Shown here piece after piece: positions 57,574 to 64,000 of a stretch of DNA of 64,000 nucleotides. Each line of letters opens with the position of its first letter. Position 1 is the first letter of the stretch. Origin of the DNA: a virus; IMG/VR virus record IMGVR_UViG_3300017644_000080. One strand, 5' to 3'. A program made the translations under genes and the position numbers. Under the pieces are notes generated by a model. That model made no database searches and was not told the origin of the DNA. It saw only the letters and a program-made list of their open reading frames with translations.

Positions 57574-58110
57574 TCACTCTCCTTCAGGGCTAGAAAGTGC
57601 CTTCAGGGTTTCGACGTTAGCGGCATATCGATCTCGTCGCGTCTTAGTATCTTCAATTTCTTTCTGAAGATCGGCAAGCCGTCTCTCTTCCCATTTCACA
57701 GCAGACTCGGCATCCTTCAACGCCCATTCAATGGCTTCGTTGCGATCAGTAGTGAATAGGTTTTCGTACATAATATGGCCATCATGGGTAAGATTTGGCC
57801 AGCCGAGTTCTTCGCAGAAATGTTCGGTGATTTCAGCACCTTCGTATGAGTAGACGCGGATCGAACGTTCGAAGACGTCTTCCTGCCTGATTAATTTGAG
57901 AAGCAGTTCTGGATCGGATACAAGCGCCTTATAAACCCGATCCAGCTCATTGCCTTCGCGTACAAACAAGTCGTCCTTCTTGTGAATTTTTCCCTCAAAA
58001 TCGAAGGCGATAATATCTGGCACGAGCGCTGAGCCAATGGTGATCAGCCCATCTCTAACGTGAACATTGTGCTTGATTTCGTAATGCTCTTTAATTGCTT
58101 TCCAACCCAT
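57574..58110 (-). CDS. hypothetical protein, tandem paralog 2 (178 aa)
   Basis: MGWKAIKEHYEIKH...; shared motifs (WALK(D/N)A, G(W/F)PN(L/T)TH) with the previous gene. Confidence 0.45.
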   Translation of the reverse strand: MGWKAIKEHYEIKHNVHVRDGLITIGSALVPDIIAFDFEGKIHKKDDLFVREGNELDRVYKALVSDPELLLKLIRQEDVFERSIRVYSYEGAEITEHFCEELGWPNLTHDGHIMYENLFTTDRNEAIEWALKDAESAVKWEERRLADLQKEIEDTKTRRDRYAANVETLKALSSPEGE

Positions 58111-58319
58111 GTTCAGGACCCTTTATCTGGATATATATTCCTGTCAATAAGCAGAATTTAAATGGATTTGTCAATTAATTTTGAGTTTTTATTTTGTTTT
58201 GCGTTATTTCATCCCGTTCATTTAGATATAGAATGAATCCTGGCCTCCAAAGCATGACGATGGATCAGGCGCGCTTCTCCCCTTCTGAGAACATCATTCA
58301 GGACTGAAACTTTAGCTTA

Positions 58320-59048
58320 TCAGATGGTGAACTTGATGCCGTCATCATCGAGCGACGGCTTCGGCCGGATTATAACGGCAACTGCATGCCGAGTATCTGT
58401 GGCAATATCGGCCGCGAAACGGTGCCAGCCGTCCAGAATGGCCAATCCCTGATCATTGCCGTTATCTACGACGAACTTTGGGGTGTGGTGCTTTTCCAGA
58501 ACCAAATCTGAGTAGCCTGCCGAGCCTTCAGCAAGGTGGATTTCGTGCTGTTCAACCAGCCATTTAATCCACTCGTCCCGAGACTGAATGGCGAGCATTT
58601 GACCGACGTCAAACTGCTTGTCGACCTCGATGTCCGCATCCTCTTTTGCGCAACCACACACTTCGGAGTCCCACCACGAATGCGCTTCTCTGATAGCGGC
58701 GTCGAGAGTTGGATCGGGATCAGGTCTTAGCCATGACCTCACTGTCAGCCAGGCTTCATATCGGCCGAGGGTAACCAAGTCATCATGAGACAACTTCGTC
58801 TCTCGTTTCCCGAAAAAGAAGCTGTCGATGTCGTCCTGATCGAACTCCTTCCAGATGATGCCGTAGATATCCTCGGTCTTCCCAAGCGCCTCATCCACAC
58901 CTGTCTTGAAGCCTTCTACGTGAGCTGGAGACCAACCAAACATGCCAGCTGCGATCTCCATCCGACGTAGGATTTCTTCCTTGATATAGCTCATCTTCTT
59001 TATCCAGAAATGTGCCTCCACTTTCACTAAATTAAGTGCAAGCAACAA
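58320..59048 (-). CDS. protein with C-terminal ParB/Srx-like DGxHRxxA motif (242 aa)
   Basis: GLAILDGWHRFAADI near the C-terminus; second such protein in the window. Confidence 0.4.
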   Translation of the reverse strand: MLLALNLVKVEAHFWIKKMSYIKEEILRRMEIAAGMFGWSPAHVEGFKTGVDEALGKTEDIYGIIWKEFDQDDIDSFFFGKRETKLSHDDLVTLGRYEAWLTVRSWLRPDPDPTLDAAIREAHSWWDSEVCGCAKEDADIEVDKQFDVGQMLAIQSRDEWIKWLVEQHEIHLAEGSAGYSDLVLEKHHTPKFVVDNGNDQGLAILDGWHRFAADIATDTRHAVAVIIRPKPSLDDDGIKFTI

Positions 59049-59099
59049 AAAATCCCGCCTTGAAAGCGGGATTCGAATTTTTCTAGAAAGTCAAAACTC

Positions 59100-60971
59100 T
59101 TAATTCTGCTGACCGCCCGTTTTCCAACGCGACCGCTCTTCGAAGATGACCTCAATCATCCTATCGAGTTCCTCGCTGGTCAGGCCATCAGTGATGCCCT
59201 TAAGACGCTGACGTTCCTTGTCCATCTTATAGCGCTTCATCACTTCGCTATTCTCGTTGTCGACGATGCTCTGGACACCTTCCTCAGCGATGTTAACGCG
59301 CAGGTTCTTGAACTTCGTCACGAATACGACGCCAGGATTGATGTTCTCGATTTCCATGCGAACCGGATCACCGACCTTGGTCACCACGATGTCGCCGATC
59401 TTCTCTTCCGTGATCTCGAAAATCTTGTTCGGAACCGTATCAATCGAGACGTAGAAGTTCGTCTTACCGTTCTGGACATAAGGCATGTGCGTCACGACGA
59501 GACCTTCAATAGCTTCGCTTTCTGCGTCATGCTTGGCTTCAAAGGCGCTGTCACGCGAGGAACGCTGCAGAGCACGGCTGTATTCGGTCACAGCGGCCTG
59601 CACAGACGATCCGATACCGACGATGTTGCGGTTGTCCTGAGCGACGATAGCGAAGCCCTTACGAACGCCAGAACCATCCACGACAATCGAGAAGTAGGCT
59701 TCGCTGCCGTTGATCGAGATCAGGATTGGCTCGGCAGCTTCGTAGCCACGGTAGTTCGAGTATGCTTGCGTCAGAACCTCACGGGCCGTTTCTTCGGTGA
59801 TGCCAGCGCGCTGATAGAAGGTGATGTCGCCCGTACGAGCGTCAGCGATATAAACGCCAGAGGATGCACCTTCCGATTTCGCGTTCTGAAACTGAGTGCC
59901 AGAGTAGTAGACGATCTTGCCATTCGGATCGATGGTGACAGAGATGCCTTTGGTGCTCTGGATCACGTTGTTGCCCGAGATCGCGCAAGCCCACCAACCC
60001 TGAGAGTAGCAACCCCAATCGTCAAAACGCTCTGCAACCTTCTCCTGCGGGTAGACGCGGTCGATCCATGCCGGAACATCTTCAGGCTTCGAATATTCCT
60101 TCAAATCGCCAGTCGTCGCATTGATGACGACCCACTTCACTGGCTGATAGGCAGAGAAGCCTACCGTTGGATACATGAGCGGCACAATCCAATACGGAAC
60201 GCCTTCAGGATCGATCTGAAAGATCGGCTCATCATAGCGGTAATTAATATAGCCTGCCGAGTAGACGCGACGACCGACAGAATCGTTGAAGAAGGCTCCC
60301 TCACCGATCTTGATCGGATGGTTCTGAACAAACTTGGTGTCCAGCTCATTGGCCTGTGAAACCATGATGTAGCCAGGCGTCGTTCCGAAATTCATGTATC
60401 GGAAGAAACTCGAATGCTCCAGCGGAGCCACCCAGAAGAACTTGCCATTGATTTCGTTGCCCCACATGTCACCGATAGTGACGCGCGAACCGACACCCTG
60501 CTCATCAGAGCTGGAAATCAATTCAGCTGCCCGCTTACGAGCCATTGCAGAGGTCACGAGGCGAACCTGTGTCTGGTCAGTCAGTGGCATTGCCGCATCA
60601 CGACTGGCTACTACAGGCTTCACAAGGTTTGCGTATTTTTCCGCATTAATCATGCCGTGAGTCGACACAAACGCGACAATGAGGAACCCGAAAAATACGA
60701 CAGCATAAGCGATAATCGCCAAACCCAATGTCTCTGCTTCACTTCGTGCGAACAATGCAGAGGCAAAGAACGAAATCGCCCAGAAGATCAGGATGGCGAA
60801 AATGGATTCAACCAACCAAGGGTCGAGGGGTAGCATGAAAATGTAGGACACAACCCAACCAAGGATGGCACCGAGAATACCCATCCCCACAGAAAATCGA
60901 CCAGTGACGAGAACGCCATTAATCATGAAAATTGCGGCGGTCGCGGCCGCCCACAAACCATAACTGAACAA
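59100..60971 (-). CDS. large membrane protein, N-terminal 3-4 TM + ~480-aa extracytoplasmic domain (623 aa)
   Basis: Hydrophobic helices in the first ~110 aa, then a hydrophilic beta-rich domain; first gene after the divergent promoter at ~61000. Confidence 0.5.
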   Translation of the reverse strand: MFSYGLWAAATAAIFMINGVLVTGRFSVGMGILGAILGWVVSYIFMLPLDPWLVESIFAILIFWAISFFASALFARSEAETLGLAIIAYAVVFFGFLIVAFVSTHGMINAEKYANLVKPVVASRDAAMPLTDQTQVRLVTSAMARKRAAELISSSDEQGVGSRVTIGDMWGNEINGKFFWVAPLEHSSFFRYMNFGTTPGYIMVSQANELDTKFVQNHPIKIGEGAFFNDSVGRRVYSAGYINYRYDEPIFQIDPEGVPYWIVPLMYPTVGFSAYQPVKWVVINATTGDLKEYSKPEDVPAWIDRVYPQEKVAERFDDWGCYSQGWWACAISGNNVIQSTKGISVTIDPNGKIVYYSGTQFQNAKSEGASSGVYIADARTGDITFYQRAGITEETAREVLTQAYSNYRGYEAAEPILISINGSEAYFSIVVDGSGVRKGFAIVAQDNRNIVGIGSSVQAAVTEYSRALQRSSRDSAFEAKHDAESEAIEGLVVTHMPYVQNGKTNFYVSIDTVPNKIFEITEEKIGDIVVTKVGDPVRMEIENINPGVVFVTKFKNLRVNIAEEGVQSIVDNENSEVMKRYKMDKERQRLKGITDGLTSEELDRMIEVIFEERSRWKTGGQQN

Positions 60972-61136
60972 ACCAGTATCTCCTTTAGCTTCGCGTACTG
61001 CGCGTATTTAATGTGGCTTTTACATTTCTACGTTAAATATGTCAAATATTTTCGAGAAAATCTGAATAAATAAACAAATTTGATATTGATGTCGTCCTCC
61101 TAAAATGCTATATCGAGCGCGAATAAGGAGAAAATA
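60972..61136. promoter_or_regulatory. AT-rich divergent promoter region
   Basis: 165-bp AT-rich gap between the minus-strand array and the plus-strand AbiE pair; AAGGAG 7 nt before the ATG at 61137. Confidence 0.4.
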
Positions 61137-61769
61137 ATGTCGAGCGCCTGGACAAAGGAAGATTTCAACGGCTGGATGGACCGCAACGGTCTCACCTATG
61201 TTGAGGCTTGTGAAGTCCTGAACCTCTCCATCGACGACGTTTGTCATCTGATGGATGGCACCAAACCAGTCTGGGCAGAAGATCAGGAACGTGCTGAACG
61301 TTTCGAAGCCAGCCGCTTTGTATCCGATGACATCGACATGGCCGCCGCCCTTGCTGAACTCTCCAACACCTGCAAGCTGTGCCCGCAGGGCGTCATCACG
61401 GGTGTCAGTGCAGCCGCTCTCCGTGGCTGGACAACAGCCAACACGCATGTTTACTTCGTCGCCCTCCTTCCCGCGCATGTCGGCAAGCCACTTCCTTCGA
61501 ATGTGGTTCCGGTTGTCACGGACAACATTCTGGATCGCGTTGAAGTCCGTAAGGACGTTGAGGGCGGCTGGTATCGTCTCGCTGATCCAGTTCGCACGGT
61601 TGTCGATGCTGTCCGTGACGACGTCTCTCAGGACCGTTTCTCGGTCGAGGAACTCGTTCGCGAAGCCATCGCTGAAGGTGTGGATCGCGCTGAGCTGCTC
61701 GATTTCGCTCAGAAGCAGGGCGAACATGCGGTCGAGCGTCTGAACTTCTACCTCTCTCAGATCGAGTAG
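61137..61769 (+). CDS. AbiEi-like antitoxin / transcriptional regulator (210 aa)
   Basis: Immediately upstream of an AbiEii-family gene with 66-nt spacing; size and layout of type IV TA antitoxins. Confidence 0.5.
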   Translation: MSSAWTKEDFNGWMDRNGLTYVEACEVLNLSIDDVCHLMDGTKPVWAEDQERAERFEASRFVSDDIDMAAALAELSNTCKLCPQGVITGVSAAALRGWTTANTHVYFVALLPAHVGKPLPSNVVPVVTDNILDRVEVRKDVEGGWYRLADPVRTVVDAVRDDVSQDRFSVEELVREAIAEGVDRAELLDFAQKQGEHAVERLNFYLSQIE

Positions 61770-61835
61770 GATGGTTTGTCCAATGCTGAAGTCGAAGCCA
61801 TCATCAGGTGACTTCGATTTCAGCAGGACACCGAT

Positions 61836-62699
61836 ATGCAGCCAGGCGATCAGATCGCAGAATCCATCAGACAACGCGCAAAGAACTCTGGGTTCGATCC
61901 TCTCGACGCCATGCGCAGGTATGTCATGGAGCGCTTCATCGTCCGCCTAAACATGGCTGACAAAGCTGACAAGGTCGTACTCAAGGGCGGTATGGTCTGG
62001 TGGCTACGACCGGAACTCGCCGAACACGCTCGTTCAACCTACGATGTCGACATTCATCTCCACGTCCCCGAGAAGCACGAAGACGTCGTCACACTGTTCC
62101 AGTCAGCCCAAGAGATCGACTGCCAGGACGGCTGTCGATTCGAATTCAAGAAGATCAGGAAACTGGAACACGCTGGTGATCACGAAGGCCTGCGCGTGAT
62201 GGTCCGCGCCTACATCGGCACCAAGTTCGTCGATTTCCATAGCGATATCGGCTTCGGCGGCACCAAGCCATCCAACCTTGCTGCGACCAGCTTCAAGTCG
62301 ATGCATCCTCGCGTTTCAGGCGGCAGCATCCTGATGACCCCTCCAGAATTCGTCGTTTCGGAAAAGCTCTCAGCCATCATCAAGAACGGAATGACCAATA
62401 CCCGCATCAAGGACTACAACGACCTATACGTTCTGTCGGAGATTGGGATTGACGGAGCTGACCTCGCTTATGCGTTGGAGACCACATTCACGGATCGCAA
62501 CCAGGATATCCCCTCAGACATTGGCGAAGTCCCTGGTCTCACATCAGAATACGCGGCCGCAAATCAGGAAGCATGGGAGCGCTGGTTGGTGCAGGCAAAT
62601 CGCTCTACAAAGATGCCGAAGGATTTTGGGGAAGTCGTCGAAAAAGTCAGCGAATTTGCAGACGCAATTTTCTCTTACAAGAACTCCCCTGCCCCGTAG
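61836..62699 (+). CDS. AbiEii/AbiGii-family nucleotidyltransferase toxin (DUF1814), 287 aa
   Basis: NTase motifs LKGGMVWWL...RSTYDVDIHL (hG[GS]...DxD) and the C-terminal RIKDYNDLYVL motif characteristic of AbiEii. Confidence 0.7.
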   Translation: MQPGDQIAESIRQRAKNSGFDPLDAMRRYVMERFIVRLNMADKADKVVLKGGMVWWLRPELAEHARSTYDVDIHLHVPEKHEDVVTLFQSAQEIDCQDGCRFEFKKIRKLEHAGDHEGLRVMVRAYIGTKFVDFHSDIGFGGTKPSNLAATSFKSMHPRVSGGSILMTPPEFVVSEKLSAIIKNGMTNTRIKDYNDLYVLSEIGIDGADLAYALETTFTDRNQDIPSDIGEVPGLTSEYAAANQEAWERWLVQANRSTKMPKDFGEVVEKVSEFADAIFSYKNSPAP

Positions 62700-62705
62700 T
62701 ATCGT

Positions 62706-63392
62706 TCAGGTCCACCAATAAGCAATAATTGGGCGCAATTTATTAATACCAGCATCGTTCATGATACCCAGTTTCTTAAGATACCAACGAATTTCACTCG
62801 GAATCTGAGGAACAACCTTTAAGTTTTCCTTCCATCTCTGTTCCTCCGGAGTGATTGGGAAACGATAATCGTCCATACGAATTGGTGTACCGTCAGGCTC
62901 CATGATGTAATGGCAGAAAACGTCAAAACCTTCATTCAGGTAGCGAATGCGATCCTCAGGACGCCAATTATCTTCTGTCATACCTGGCCGCCAGCGCTCA
63001 ATCATCTGATCGAGGTAGTCACTCCGACGACACCATTCCTTCCGATACGTGAGATTTGGGAAAAAGATGATGTGTCGAGGATCACGGTCGTCAGGGCCAA
63101 AGACCAGTTGATAGAGATCTTCCGCCCTTCCGATATCGGCAGGTTTCCGGTTTCCGTCCGTATAAGTCTTTGAAAGAAGCCGTAGTTCGCTAAACGACGG
63201 GATAGGGTCAGTGCCGTACCAAACCTTGTTATGTTCCTCCAGCGGAACAGTCAGCATTTCATCTGTCGCACTGTCAAAGATGTTTTCGAAAACCTGCTTG
63301 GTCTTATGCGCTTCGCAATCAAGAATTACCTCATTCTCGAAATCATGCCACGGCATGCCATATCCAATTGCGTTGTAAAAAGCGCTTCCCAT
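62706..63392 (-). CDS. hypothetical protein (228 aa), Trp/Asp-rich
   Basis: Convergent with the AbiE pair; no family recognised. Confidence 0.45.
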   Translation of the reverse strand: MGSAFYNAIGYGMPWHDFENEVILDCEAHKTKQVFENIFDSATDEMLTVPLEEHNKVWYGTDPIPSFSELRLLSKTYTDGNRKPADIGRAEDLYQLVFGPDDRDPRHIIFFPNLTYRKEWCRRSDYLDQMIERWRPGMTEDNWRPEDRIRYLNEGFDVFCHYIMEPDGTPIRMDDYRFPITPEEQRWKENLKVVPQIPSEIRWYLKKLGIMNDAGINKLRPIIAYWWT

Positions 63393-63566
63393 CCACGTCT
63401 CCTATTATTTGAGATCTGTATTATTGACTAGCCGTCAAAGAACTCAAGCGATTTTGGGATTATTCCTCAATTGGTGCAGTCTCATTCATGTTTCAGACGA
63501 TGCGGTGTTGTGAAACGTATCGCCATCAGAGAAGGTTGAGTATGCATACCACTCAAGGAGATTAAT

Positions 63567-64000
63567 ATGGGAACTTGGTCCGCACCTCAGACAAGAGAAG
63601 CAGCAAACCAGCTTGCTGAAATTCTATCGGAGAAAGTGCCCGTGAAATTGGCACCTGGGATTTTTTATCATCTCGTCGGCGACGACACCCTATTTGACAT
63701 GTTCGATGACGCGGCCGAAGTCGACCCGGAGAGCGATGCACGTGGCTTGGTTATTTACAAACTATTCGATTGGAATGTCCTCCTGCCTGAACATGCCATG
63801 AAGTATCCGAATGAGGATGGCGCTCACAAAATGATTTCCGACATTATCGACGAGCATCTGCCGAACATTGGAGCTGACGACATGCTCCTGAAGATTTCAA
63901 AGATGACCAACGAGGAGCAGGTCAAGGAGGCCATCACCTTTAGTTGCGATTTCTCTAACGAACAGCTCGAAACAATGATTATCAGTCCTTCGCCGCTGCC
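63567..64000 (+). CDS. hypothetical protein, 3'-truncated by the window end
   Basis: ATG at 63567 preceded by AGGAG; open frame to the end of the window (MGTWSAPQTREAANQLAE...). Confidence 0.4.
   Translation, partial: MGTWSAPQTREAANQLAEILSEKVPVKLAPGIFYHLVGDDTLFDMFDDAAEVDPESDARGLVIYKLFDWNVLLPEHAMKYPNEDGAHKMISDIIDEHLPNIGADDMLLKISKMTNEEQVKEAITFSCDFSNEQLETMIISPSPL

Noticed and set aside
1-64000. CRISPR arrays, tRNA/rRNA genes, integrase/transposase/IS elements
   Set aside because: No regularly spaced direct repeats, no tRNA-like cloverleaf segments and no recombinase/DDE motifs were spotted by eye in any frame. Absence is not proven without dedicated tools.

Overview
This 64 kb window is an accessory or 'dark-matter' region, probably from an alphaproteobacterial replicon; that assignment is an inference from gene content. 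It is roughly 50-55% GC and interrupted by AT-rich divergent promoter gaps. No rRNA, tRNA, CRISPR array, integrase or transposase was recognised. The recognisable genes are scattered, and their key motifs were read directly from the translations. They are a lipoprotein-type autotransporter carrying an S8 subtilase; an HtpX (M48)/LemA pair; an SPFH/band-7 protein; a DsbB-like protein; an RNase J-family metallo-beta-lactamase; and a two-gene AddB/AddA-like helicase-nuclease pair. They also include a complete bacterial-type seryl-tRNA synthetase in a non-housekeeping context; a CYTH protein; a VOC/glyoxalase-like protein; and an AbiEi/AbiEii toxin-antitoxin pair near the 3' end. Everything else is hypothetical, and lineage-specific paralogy is striking. 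There are four calcineurin-like metallophosphoesterases (two 'DLH..GD..GNHE' paralogs and two PPP/ApaH-like phosphatases). There are three proteins built as an N-terminal soluble domain plus a C-terminal two-TM hairpin, two ~730-aa twin proteins with DUF4116-like C-terminal repeats, and two tandem-paralog pairs. There are two small DGxHRxxA (ParB/Srx-like) proteins. The most unusual gene groups are the following. (a) An AAA+ ATPase heads a plus-strand cluster containing a five-gene translationally coupled block with two of the two-TM proteins, divergent from a metallophosphoesterase. (b) An N-terminally truncated RlmN/Cfr-like radical SAM gene, which keeps the methyl-carrier Cys but has Tyr at the resolving-Cys position, heads a low-GC three-gene operon, also divergent from a metallophosphoesterase. 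(c) A protein with a MazG-like C-terminus is translationally coupled to a mini class-II (SerRS-like) aaRS catalytic core. (d) A minus-strand array runs PPP phosphatase, unknown genes, ParB-like, unknown, SerRS. (e) A tentatively TelA/KlaB-like coiled-coil module ends in a Gly/Ser-rich tail. (f) The AddAB-like pair is followed by a protein with eight CxxC motifs (DnaJ-type zinc finger) and three TM segments. All functional calls other than the motif-level ones are inference from sequence only.
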